In this document: in pieces, positions 13,901 to 24,012 of the stretch | Layout of the letters: every line of letters starts with the position of its first letter | Position numbering within the stretch: position 1 is the stretch's first letter | Source: a virus | Lineage: Duplodnaviria; Caudoviricetes | Length of the DNA: 64,000 nt | IMG/VR virus record: IMGVR_UViG_3300021387_000175 | Coordinates: 32,001-96,000 of that record | Strand: one strand, 5' to 3' | Made by a program: the position numbers and the translations under genes | Notes under the pieces: generated by a model | Seen by the model: only the letters and a program-made list of their open reading frames with translations | What the model was told of the DNA's origin: nothing | The model's database searches: none

Positions 13901-16900
13901 TTGACTTACCAGTAGTATCTATTAGTCTTTTTAACTCAGTTGTCACTTCAGTTAAAGGAGCAATTATTTTTGTGATTTCTCCAAAACTAGCAGATAGTTC
14001 CTGTACGTTTAATTGACTTCCTGAAAAAATATCCCGAAGTATATTCATTTGATCATCAATTTCAGTTATGGATTGAGTATCTATTTGTTTTAATGCAGTT
14101 TCATAATTATCGAATATTCCACCAAATTGTGTTTCCCAGGAACTAATATCAATATTGCCGACTTTTGCCATCTCTTTCATTAAAGAAATAACTTCTTTAT
14201 AATATTGAATAGTTGAAGTAAGATTCTTTTGATCATAACCCTCATAACCTTTCCACGCTAACTGGACCTGTAAATCAGACCCTCCATTAGCACCAATTGA
14301 TTCTTTAAAAGAATCGGTTCCAGGTTTATAAAGCATTTTCATTAATGCATCAGATGCTTCTTGTATTTGTGGTATAAACGATCTCTTTACCTGTCCCTCT
14401 TCACGACTCTGCTTAATTGGGTTGTTACTTTTACCTAATGCTATATTAAAATTAAAATTACCAATCTGTTTAATTGATTCATTGATCGTATTTAATATGG
14501 TATTTACGTCTGTAAACGGCTTTGTAAAATCCATATTCTTAATACTATTAGCTAAATCCCTTATCTCACTTAAACTATTTTTAATTGTATTGAAAGATCC
14601 TAAAGGATCTGTTGAAGCCAGATAATCAATTCCGACTTTAATTTTTTCCAAAACATCAGACAGTTCTGTAAAAGAGGATGCGAAATCTAAATGGCTTAAG
14701 GTCTCAAGTGTCGTACTAATCGTACTAATACTTGTTTTAAATTCTTCAAAAGAAGAGAAGGCATCTAAGTTCTTTAATGCTTGTAATTCTGTTACAAGAT
14801 TTTGAACTAAAGTAATAAGTACTCCAAAAGCTTCCGCATAATCACCAGTCATTTGACTAGGATCGAAATCCATAGTAAGATCATTTAAGTGTTCTTGTAA
14901 ATGTTCGTATTGATTAGCGTATTGTTGATAATCGTTTAAATAATGTTCATACCATCCTAAATAATCTTTTGCCTGGTCTTCATTACCTTCATTTGAAGAT
15001 GCAGCAGCATGTTGATAATACCAATCCATATTATCTAATGCAGCGTCCCGTTCTTGTTTAACACTCTGCAATTCTTCTGATATTTTTTTTATATCGTTCC
15101 AATCATCTATGTCCCAATAATCCTGATAATCTTTATTATCCGCTTCTGCTCTTAACTGTCTTTTTTCATCAGCTAATTTTTGAAGTTCTTCTCTGGTTTT
15201 GGCAATTATTTTATATTCTTCTTCCGTTTGGGGAGAATTTATATTATCAAAATCTGATGTAAATGACTCTTTAGAACGAATATCATTTAATACTTCTTCT
15301 AAAGATAATACTTCAGTCTTAACACTTCCAATATCATCTGTTAAATTTTCAAATCCATTTTCTTGTAATATTTCAGTAGGAAATTCTTTTAATGACGCAA
15401 ACATTTTTTCAAACGCTTCAACAGTTTGAGGAAACTCTTCTTGAACAGATGAGTCTAAACTATCATAGATTTGTCTGATTTTAGAAATAAACTCATCCAT
15501 TTCAGGACTGATATCACCAATGCTTCCACCCAGTGCTTCAAAAGCATTCGCTTGTTTTAATAAATTGGATACTTTTCCTGATCTAAGAAAATCTTCTTCA
15601 CTAATATTCCCATTATCCCAATCAGATAACAACTGCTTTTTATTTAATAATCCATTCCATCGTTGCCGTAATCTTTCTTCCGAAGCTTCTGGAGATTTAA
15701 AGTAAGAACTTAAATCATCTGTATCTTCGTCCAAAATACTTTGCAATCTATCAGAAATTTGTCGTCTAGAACGCTCTCTAAATTCTGTAACTTGTTGTTC
15801 TAAGAGATTTAAAGCATCATCATAATATTGAACATTGGCTGCCGTCTCAATAAATCTATCATCCATAAAAGGACTGGAATCATTTTCTACATCTTCTTTG
15901 TATATAGCTTCTAATTTCTTTCTTAATTCTTCCTGACGCCATTCTTTTTCTTCGGCAACCTTTTGCATTTGATCCAAATACTTTGTAATTAATTCATCTG
16001 GATCTCCATCATATGGATCAGGGCCAAAGAAATTTTCAAATAATTTATCAGGATCAAGTTGGGAATATTGATGTTCATCCAGTATTTTTTGTACCTTTTG
16101 TGAAACTTTTTTTCGTTCTGTTTCTCTTTCACTTTCTTGCGTTAACATTCCAAATAAATCAAATTTTTCTACAGGCGGCGCTGATTTTATAGATTCACCA
16201 TATTGATTTTCTACGGCCTTTGTAGTTTCGTCTTCAGTTTCACGTAACGCATCTGCTAATTGTCGTTCTGCATCTAATTCTTCATGGATTTTATCAATAT
16301 TTTCTTCCCTGGCTTGTACTTCTTCACGAATATTTTCAGTTTGACTTTCATCCTCGGTAGAAGGGGGTTGAATATTATTTTCTTCTTTTTTTACTCGAAG
16401 TAATTCTTCACGAGCCTGCGTTTCTTCTTGGATATCTAAAGCATTACTATCCCGTTCTTTCTTTTTTGATTCTCTTTCTTTCTCTTTTAATTCATTATTT
16501 TCTTTATGGTTTAATATCCCTTGATTTTGTGAAACAGCTTCTTGAACCATTGCAGCGGAATATTGCGCAAATTCTTGTTTATCAAAAATATGGAATATTT
16601 CATCCATATTCTCAATTCCGTATTTAAGTAGCACGTCTTTTATTGAATTTTGTAATTCATTTTTTGCTTCGTCATACGAAGAGTATTCTTTCTTTTTATA
16701 TTTAATTTGATCTAAATCTGATATAACTGAACCACGAATATTTTTAGGTATTGCATTTAAATCAAGAAAAGATACATTATCTTTAGTAACTATAGCATGA
16801 ATAGCAGTATTTCTTTCTTCCTTCCAATCTTCATTCGCATATCTACGCCATGTATCAATATCAGAATGTCGTGCTTTAGAACCCGTTGTTTTTGTGGTTG

Positions 16901-18458
16901 AAGGAATTGCCATTCCTGAACTTCCATCATTATTATTTGGATGTGTATGTAAAGTGAAAAGCGCACCTTTTTCATGCACGTGTGAGGATTTTTCACCACC
17001 TTCTAGAATATCTGAAAAATCTCCATTTGCTTTTATATAAAATCCCTTTTCATTTCCTTCGGTATCAATATCTATGATTTTTTTTATAACTTGATCTAAG
17101 TTAGGAATTTTACTTAATAATCTTGCAGAACTTAAACCGATTTCATTCGCTCTACGTTGCTCGGCTGCAGATGGTACATTTTTTCCAAAATTTTCAATAT
17201 CATACATATCTGCAAATTGCTGTTCTTGCCAATTTTTACTTCTTAAATATCCATTTCGTCTATTGTTAATATAACTAAATTCTGCTAAGTCAGTAGGAGA
17301 GTGGATAGAAACACCATTATTATAAAATTCAGAATATTTCTCTCTATCTATATTATGAAAAATTATATTATCAACTTTATCTCCTCTCCCCAAGGCTTTT
17401 TGTCCTGCGATAGTTTTAAAGATCTCTGCACGATTTTCATCTAATTGATTACTTATTGAAGTATATTCTGCATCAGACAAAGATTCGTCATTTAATGATT
17501 CTTGTAATTCAAAATTTTTTGCTATTAGTGTTTTGATTTTTTTGACAAAATCTTCTTCTGACAATAAATAACTACGAAGATAATTTTCCCGTTGTTGCTT
17601 AACCTCTTCAGTTAATTCTGGTAATTGGCTTGATGTTATTTCCAAAGATTTTTCTTTTTTTGACTTAGGAAGTGGTTTAGTTTGATTTTTACTAGAAGTA
17701 ATAGAAGATGCTAATTTACTATAAGATCCTCCATCCAATGCTTCTTTTTGTTGTTCTACAAAAATTTTTATATCTTTATCTATTAAGTCGTTTTTTATTA
17801 AGTCTTCACTATACATATCTGCTTCTTCCAAATATGTATATAACATTTGTAATGCACGTTTTACCACATCTTGAGTATTATAAGTTAAACTTTCTACTAA
17901 TCCTTGATAAGGCTTTTTGTAATATTCTATCATTTTTTTGTTTAAACCTTGATCAGTAGCATTTAATCCTTCGGCAAAATTTGCTTCTTTAATATATTTT
18001 TTTAACGTGTCAGGATCTTTGAAATCACCATAATTAATTAATCCATTATTTTGCGATGCCAAAGCATGTAACAACTTAGGTAAAATTTCTTTTGCGTCTG
18101 CAATATCTTGTTTATCACTGTTACTTTTTAATACTTGAATGGCATCATTTATTTCATATCGAATATTTTCCGGGCTTCCTAAATCTAATAATTTTTGTAA
18201 TTTTACATCTGACTTTAATCCCGCTCCTAACCCAGTAAGTAATTTGTTTAAAGATTCTACTTGCTCAACAGTCATATCGGCTGACTTCGCTAAATCTTCA
18301 AAAAAGTTTTTTTGTTTCTTCGCATCTTTAACACGAATTATAACATCAATAACTTGTGTAATTGTTGCAGGCTGCCCTGTGCCCTTTATTCTACCTAATA
18401 ACTCATTAAGCACTGCTTCTGGTTTAATAGGAGAACCTGAACCTAATTTTTCTGCCAT
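1923..18458 (-). CDS. Tape measure protein, two exons (18458-11289 and 10847-1923), about 5364 aa spliced
   Basis: The join restores the TP901-type core ...LQLSASSLKTAG|NDIDEAIALITAGNAVVQDPKKVGNAMRTVALR; long coiled coils, hydrophobic segments and C-terminal 'GELGPEL'/'GDAVFN' TMP motifs. Confidence 0.92.
10848..11288 (-). ncRNA. Group I self-splicing intron (441 nt, no ORF) in the TMP gene
   Basis: 5' exon ends CAGGU and pairs with intron GCCUG (P1, U-G wobble); terminal G at 10848; P10 AAUGUC/GACAUU; core elements AAUUGCAGGUAA, UUCAUGCAGC, GUUCAACGACUAGA, AAGAAAUAGUCU. Confidence 0.93.
13250..13990 (-). repeat. Internal tandem duplication of about 125 aa (375 nt offset) in TMP exon 1
   Basis: 'KTKAFQAENSTVEQVIYNEVVFIEQLREEL...TDFSSISK' versus 'KTQAFKDENTTVEGVIWNEVEFIEQLREEL...TDFSSIAK'; boundaries approximate. 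Confidence 0.85.
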
Positions 18459-18479
18459 TTACTCACCTCCTATAGTAAT

Positions 18480-18508
18480 TTGACAAATAATGCCTTACCT
18501 GTTAGAAT
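18480..18508 (+). promoter_or_regulatory. sigmaA-type promoter for the antisense gene 18530-19258
   Basis: TTGACA-17 nt-TAGAAT with extended TG, followed by SD AAGGGAGG. Confidence 0.8.
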
Positions 18509-18529
18509 TATTAAGGGAGGCATAATAAT

Positions 18530-19258
18530 ATGATTAAAATTTTAGAAATTAATGAAATAACCTATTCCATTATTTCGATCTATCATGATTTTTCCGATTT
18601 TAAATCTTTAAGATATTGGTTATACAAAAATCAATATACGTATATGTTTTTTGCCGAAGATATATTCTTTACATTTTCTAGTTTTGATGATTATCCCAAT
18701 TATATGTGTTTGCCTATATGTATCAAAATATGGGATAATCACAATAAAGAAAATGATTTTGTAATTAATGCATTAAAGAATGAAGGATATTTTGTTTTTA
18801 TTGTTGATCCTGGATACAAAAAAGAAGAATATAGATTTTGGAGCCGTAAACACAATGTATGGTATGTTGTTAAGTACGAATATTATAAAATCCAAAATAA
18901 TTACGTTTTAATAAAAATAGAAGATGAAGATGAAAATAATCTAGGATATTGTTGGAAATATATTCGTAAAAATAACTATGGGAAAAAATTCAATTGTAAT
19001 TCTACGATTCTGACTAGAAATATGATAGAAGAAGGATTAAAAATTGAATCAAACATACCCGATAGAATCAAACGACATTTTGTGCGATATCTTAGAAATT
19101 GTAAAGCTATGATAGGCACTAATTTTTTCTATCTTGAAAATGAAGAACAAAGCTATCCAATTAAAATAAAATTTGAATTGGATAATTATTATTTGTTAAA
19201 AAAAGCTATTTTGCAAATGCACAATTATATAAATAATATTATCGATATAGTTGAATAA
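18530..19258 (+). CDS. Moron-like hypothetical protein, 242 aa
   Basis: Own promoter and SD, very AT-rich, opposite strand to the late operon. Confidence 0.75.
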   Translation: MIKILEINEITYSIISIYHDFSDFKSLRYWLYKNQYTYMFFAEDIFFTFSSFDDYPNYMCLPICIKIWDNHNKENDFVINALKNEGYFVFIVDPGYKKEEYRFWSRKHNVWYVVKYEYYKIQNNYVLIKIEDEDENNLGYCWKYIRKNNYGKKFNCNSTILTRNMIEEGLKIESNIPDRIKRHFVRYLRNCKAMIGTNFFYLENEEQSYPIKIKFELDNYYLLKKAILQMHNYINNIIDIVE

Positions 19259-19263
19259 TATTA

Positions 19264-19842
19264 TCAGTTATATTGTGTTGTGACTTTTCCTAATTGAGCA
19301 TTATATTCCGTAATCTCTTTCATTATTTCCTGAAATTCAGCTATATATTTTTGTATTACCTGTTGCATAATAGTTTGTTTATCTTGCTCATATTCGCCTG
19401 TAATATAAGCATTCCAATACATTACAATTAAATCTCTAGGAGAAGTGGTTTTTACAGCACGTCTCCCCCAATATGTAAAATATGGAATAGGAGTACGCCA
19501 ATAATATCCACCATTATGTTTTGCACCGCCATGATAACCTTGCCTAAAAACAACATTATATATATATTGATTTCCAATTCGATGATAGTCATCACCGAAT
19601 TCTGCTCCTAATTGAAATGAAAATTCTTGTCCTCCTCCTATTACTTGAGGATAAGCAAACGATCCCAACTCTCCATTACGATCATAATAAATTGGCCCAT
19701 AAGCACCGTAAAACTCATTTACTGCCATATCAATTATTTCTTTTGCTTTATTATACTGTTTAAAAACTAAACGATTATTAATTTCTGCCGTAAGTCTATC
19801 AGCAAAATTATTAGTACGTTCTTTCAGAGTCATACTAATCAT
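19264..19842 (-). CDS. Hypothetical virion morphogenesis protein
   Basis: 192 aa ORF, ATGA overlap with the upstream gene, late operon position. Confidence 0.7.
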   Translation of the reverse strand: MISMTLKERTNNFADRLTAEINNRLVFKQYNKAKEIIDMAVNEFYGAYGPIYYDRNGELGSFAYPQVIGGGQEFSFQLGAEFGDDYHRIGNQYIYNVVFRQGYHGGAKHNGGYYWRTPIPYFTYWGRRAVKTTSPRDLIVMYWNAYITGEYEQDKQTIMQQVIQKYIAEFQEIMKEITEYNAQLGKVTTQYN

Positions 19843-20438
19843 GCCTCCTTAAATCCACTCTGGATTGCATTTGTAATTCCCTCAAGATCTTTTATATCCA
19901 TACTCATCTGGGCAGCGTTCATAAGATCAGGTAACACCTTCTCCAAGGCATCCAATACCATTTCTGCCCCTTTTAATACACCGAGAGATACTGCTTCAGT
20001 TAACTGAGTATAATCATTATTCATATTTTGATTAAAATCTTCACCTTTGGTATACATCAGCCCTCTAAATAGAAGACCATCTGATGGTATATATTGATGT
20101 GTTAACATACGATCTAAACCCGGTCTTTTCATAATCTGATCATATTCTTTAGTAAAATCATCTGAAACATCTAATTTTGTATATAACTTTAAAACGGTCC
20201 ACATATACAAAATTAATTCTTTTGCATGATTCCAAAACACTTTCCCATCTTTAATATGTGCTGTATTTAAAATTTCATTTATATAAACTACTTTTTCGCT
20301 ATAAGGTACGTACCTATCAATCATAATTTCTTTGATACATGCTTTCCTATCATCAGCACTTTCTACCTCATCATATTTTTTAAGAAAATCAGCAACACTG
20401 ATTTTTTCAATATTTTCATTATTCATAATTTTACTCAT
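19839..20438 (-). CDS. Hypothetical protein, possible tail assembly chaperone
   Basis: 199 aa ORF with SD between tail tube and TMP genes; function from position only. Confidence 0.6.
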   Translation of the reverse strand: MSKIMNNENIEKISVADFLKKYDEVESADDRKACIKEIMIDRYVPYSEKVVYINEILNTAHIKDGKVFWNHAKELILYMWTVLKLYTKLDVSDDFTKEYDQIMKRPGLDRMLTHQYIPSDGLLFRGLMYTKGEDFNQNMNNDYTQLTEAVSLGVLKGAEMVLDALEKVLPDLMNAAQMSMDIKDLEGITNAIQSGFKEA

Positions 20439-20450
20439 ATCTCGATCCTC

Positions 20451-21017
20451 CTAGTTTTCCTTATATTTAGCACAAACTCCCTCGACTATTTCATCCTGGA
20501 TCCGGCCTTCCATTGCCTTACGAAGAATTGAACAGTTTCTATCATACCGTTTACAGGTTTTGCATTTATCTTCAAAATAATTAGCGGAAGCTTGATTATC
20601 AAACACTCCTACAAAATCTACAGGATAAATAGTCAATTCAATATGTGGATTTTTATTATCGTACATAACCTTTAAAATGCGATTACAAACCATATTATCA
20701 TCTAACCAAACCACACCAGAATCTGTAATAGCATCAGAAATGCACTTATCATAATTAGCGCAATCCATATCGGTCCTTGGAAAATAATAAACCGCATCAA
20801 CATAATAATGCTGATACGGATTTTCACTTTTTATCCAACCTTGTTTTTTCGCCTCTTGTTTTACATATTCTGTAAATCGTTTCTGGAAGTCTTTCGCTTC
20901 TTTTGTCTTATAGGACATTGCCATAGGTTTTCCATTTTTATACATTACACGATATGCAAGATAGTGATTCACTGAAATGAATTCATTTACGGTGAGTTTT
21001 AATACTTGCTTTTCCAT
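20451..21017 (-). CDS. rusA: RusA-like Holliday junction resolvase with C-terminal Cys cluster
   Basis: ISVNHY, YYFPRTDMDCANYDKCISDAI, WLDDNMV and PHIELTI match RusA motifs; C-terminal CKTC...C...C. Confidence 0.8.
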   Translation of the reverse strand: MEKQVLKLTVNEFISVNHYLAYRVMYKNGKPMAMSYKTKEAKDFQKRFTEYVKQEAKKQGWIKSENPYQHYYVDAVYYFPRTDMDCANYDKCISDAITDSGVVWLDDNMVCNRILKVMYDNKNPHIELTIYPVDFVGVFDNQASANYFEDKCKTCKRYDRNCSILRKAMEGRIQDEIVEGVCAKYKEN

Positions 21018-21030
21018 AACTCACCACCAA

Positions 21031-21429
21031 TCAATAAATATATCCTTCAAGAGTGAACGTTGATTCTGTACCCAACCCATCTTGATCAAAATCAGCATAC
21101 ACATCAAATGATATCATGGTCATTTCACAAGGAATATTCCATACATAAGAACTTGGATTATAATCTTCAACAGGAATATAATATCCTTTTCCAATGATTT
21201 TTATGCTATCAATTTTTTCTTTTGCTCTAAATAAACTAGGAACTAATCCTAAAGAAGTTAACTCTATTACGCTAACGTCTCGTCTATTATAACTGATATT
21301 AAATTTCTTTACTTCGTCTAATACAATGAATTTACCATTGTTATAATATAATATTACTTTTACATTATTATCTCCAAGGATAATAGTTTGGTTTTTTATA
21401 GGCTCAAATGTCATATTTTTCTCCTTCAT
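21031..21429 (-). CDS. Hypothetical protein
   Basis: 132 aa ORF in the operon; start could be the second Met. Confidence 0.6.
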   Translation of the reverse strand: MKEKNMTFEPIKNQTIILGDNNVKVILYYNNGKFIVLDEVKKFNISYNRRDVSVIELTSLGLVPSLFRAKEKIDSIKIIGKGYYIPVEDYNPSSYVWNIPCEMTMISFDVYADFDQDGLGTESTFTLEGYIY

Positions 21430-21505
21430 ATTCCGATACTGTAGTTCTAACCCTACTATTCAATTTAAAAAAGCCATGATATAATCCCCATTAAGGAGGC
21501 ATATC

Positions 21506-21715
21506 ATGACAAAACAACAACTAATTGATATAATTTCAGAGGCTAATAATTTAGCTTCGTTACACTTTATCGAATTATATAAACAAAATGCTGATTTTAT
21601 ATTGAGCAAAGAAGATAAATACGCTCAATATTTTGCGTTAGGTTTTACTACATTTAATGCAGTTCAATTAATACTATTCTTTACTTTATATCAAATTTGC
21701 GAAATAGAAGAGTAG
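21506..21715 (+). CDS. Small antisense moron protein with hydrophobic C-terminus, 69 aa
   Basis: SD AAGGAGG; extended -10 TGaTATAAT at 21477-21485; TM-like YFALGFTTFNAVQLILFFTLY. Confidence 0.7.
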   Translation: MTKQQLIDIISEANNLASLHFIELYKQNADFILSKEDKYAQYFALGFTTFNAVQLILFFTLYQICEIEE

Positions 21716-21967
21716 TCATACCTCTTTGACCAGGTCGTAAGAGATCTGAACAGGTATAACCACTAATTCAATATCATCATTTGTTACATGCTTATATTCA
21801 TCTAGTAACATTTGCGCTATACTTCGATCTTCGGTGTATAGCGCTTTATTTATGCGTTTATAAAAACAATATTTATACTCACCAGGTTGTTTATACAAAT
21901 ACATGGTAGGAGACGAAACCGTTGCAATTACAAATTTTATTTCTTTTAACGTAGGTATTGTATCCAT
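21716..21967 (-). CDS. Hypothetical protein
   Basis: 83 aa ORF with SD. Confidence 0.7.
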   Translation of the reverse strand: MDTIPTLKEIKFVIATVSSPTMYLYKQPGEYKYCFYKRINKALYTEDRSIAQMLLDEYKHVTNDDIELVVIPVQISYDLVKEV

Positions 21968-21981
21968 AATCCTTATTCTCC

Positions 21982-22224
21982 TTATAGCAGCTTACGCTCA
22001 TTCCATAATTGTGACACTTCCTTCGTGTCTTCTCTGTAAAAAACATATACTAAGATATCTTTCCCCTCACAGTCTGAACTGGTATATAAATCTATAGGGT
22101 ATACGTTATGTTTAATATACTTTTTGGCCTGAATAGGATTTATGATTCTAACCACTTCACCCAATTCATAATCATATCCAGTTATGTTAGTTTTTATTGG
22201 CATCCTATCCACCTTCTTTCGCAT
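21982..22224 (-). CDS. Small conserved phage protein (DUF5659-like)
   Basis: 'VRIINPIQAKKYIKHNVYPIDLY...LVYVFYREDT' pattern recalled from SPbeta-like phages; start may be Met8. Confidence 0.55.
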   Translation of the reverse strand: MRKKVDRMPIKTNITGYDYELGEVVRIINPIQAKKYIKHNVYPIDLYTSSDCEGKDILVYVFYREDTKEVSQLWNERKLL

Positions 22225-22251
22225 ATTGTATTCTATATTTTCAGAGCAAAA

Positions 22252-22295
22252 AAGGGGACACAGCGTTACACAGTGTGTGTAAAGCCGTATCCCCT
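22252..22295 (-). terminator. Terminator-like hairpin
   Basis: aggggatacgg...ctgtgtcccc followed by a U-run on the minus strand. Confidence 0.6.
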
Positions 22296-22333
22296 ATATA
22301 GAAAATACTTAATAAAAATCACTGTGCAAAATA

Positions 22334-22732
22334 CTAATTCTCTGAATTTTTCTTCTGCCCAGAGAACGCAGGTCTTTTCTTTTTCTTATAATCAGATTTA
22401 TATTCGGGAATCTTTACCTCTTCTTTGGTTTCCTCTTTAACTTCTTCTTTTACCTCTTCAGTCTTTTCAGTTCCCATAATCTGATCAATTCTTTCAGCAA
22501 TTACTTTATTGTAACTATCAGTACGGGTTAAATCATGATTTTTTAACTGGCCTCTGGCCTGATCAGCTGTAATTGCTCCACCAATATAATTAGAAGTAAT
22601 TTTGTATATTTCACGACAATTATCCGTATCAAAAGTAGTCATCCAAGTAGGTTTATCCTTATCTTCACCGCAACCTGGACAGTAGCTATATAATTTGCCA
22701 CAAATTGCACATTTTCTATTATTTTTAGCCAT
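22334..22732 (-). CDS. Zn-finger protein downstream of the tail tube gene
   Basis: CAICGKLYSYCPGC motif, charged C-terminus, SD AAGGAGG. Confidence 0.75.
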   Translation of the reverse strand: MAKNNRKCAICGKLYSYCPGCGEDKDKPTWMTTFDTDNCREIYKITSNYIGGAITADQARGQLKNHDLTRTDSYNKVIAERIDQIMGTEKTEEVKEEVKEETKEEVKIPEYKSDYKKKKRPAFSGQKKNSEN

Positions 22733-22856
22733 TATAATTCCTCCTTAAAATTTAGATTCCTCTTTATTAGAGGAATTAATTGAAAACAGGATGAGCAGCT
22801 ATTAACCGCCCATCCCAACTATTATTTATAATTAATCGGTTGTAAAATAATCAAAA

Positions 22857-23952
22857 TCAACCCTCGTCATCATCATCAGCCCAAGTAATGTAGTACAGCA
22901 GCTTTTCAGAACCGCAGTAAGAAGACTGCAGAGAACCACTGAAGTCTACAGTAGCATCCGTAGTCAGAGACAGAGAAATCTCAGGGCTGATCTGGAAGGA
23001 CGGAAACGTGATATACATAGCTTTGAGCGTATTGACTGAACATGGATCTATAGCGAGCGCTTTTACAGTCAATTTAATAGTTCCAGGGAATTTGTCAGAC
23101 TCATTAATGATCTTTGCACCAGTATTTACGGTACGCTCGTACTTCACGATGTACTGCTCAATACCTGCAGTAGTAGGAGGAGTCAAAGTAGTAACTCCGT
23201 CAACAGTGGTAACATTATAAGCAGTCAGATCATAAATCTGACCCATACCACCAGAGGTGTTCATATCAGAAACCTGAATAGTACCTTCAATATAACCAGT
23301 GATATCCAGGGTCTCACCCTTCTTCACAACGGCAATACGAGGCATAACAATAGTATGAGAAGCGGTAGCCATTTCAGCATCTGTACCAGAAGCGGTAGCC
23401 AGAGCAGAGAAGTTGATCATTGCTTCTGTAGCGGTAACTTCGCCAGTTTTTGCCTGCCAAAAGCGTTTTCAATTTCTGTTACTTCTATGACCTATTATGA
23501 ATATAAAAATGCAAATAATAGGCGAGTAAGTATTTCTACTTACTTCTCACATTTCATTTTTTTAGATTATAGTGTGAGTTCAGACTGTATATTCATCCTT
23601 ATAAAAATAAGGAGAGCCACTTCAATATATATGTCACCATATATATCCTGCAGTCGTTACGGATTCTCTCATATAAAGAGTCTTTCCTCGGTCTTGTCCA
23701 TCTCTGGAGTTTAACCGATATAGTGGCTTTTTAATTATGTATTACTACATAACCTGGCAAAACTTATACCAGAGTGCCTTGGGCATCAACAGCGTCTTTA
23801 GATTCAGCAGTAATATCAACAGTAAAATTATTTAACTGAGACATCAGCAGTACAGGTACATCAGTATCTACACCATTAATTTTCTTTGTCATTTCACCGT
23901 AGGCAAATTGTACTCTGTCCACGATTATGTCACCAAGCATGAACTGTGCCAT
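22857..23952 (-). CDS. Probable major tail tube protein, two exons (23952-23768 and 23469-22857), 265 aa spliced
   Basis: ATG 23952 with SD AAAGGAG; the join gives ...DAVDAQGTLV|KRFWQAKTGEVTATEAMINFS in frame (185+613=798 nt); beta-rich; position after head-tail genes. Confidence 0.85.
23470..23767 (-). ncRNA. Group I self-splicing intron (298 nt, no ORF) in the tail tube gene
   Basis: P1 CUGGU/GCCAG with U-G at the splice site; P3 GCCACU/AGUGGC; P7 GACUG/CAGUC; CCGUAACGACUG and AAUAUACAGUC; terminal G at 23470; P10 GUUUU/AAAAC. Confidence 0.92.
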
Positions 23953-24012
23953 AGTGTACTCCTTTCTTGACTTTTTAGTCACAATAAAAATTTTCAGCAA
24001 TAAAAAAGAACC

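Noticed and set aside
1141-18483. Many short plus-strand ORFs over the tail and TMP genes, and similar shadow ORFs elsewhere
   Set aside because: Antisense shadows of long genes, without ribosome-binding sites.
19839-20438. Programmed -1 frameshift of a tail chaperone
   Set aside because: The one candidate checked (TTA AAA GGG) is not an in-phase X XXY YYZ site; the gene was not scanned exhaustively.
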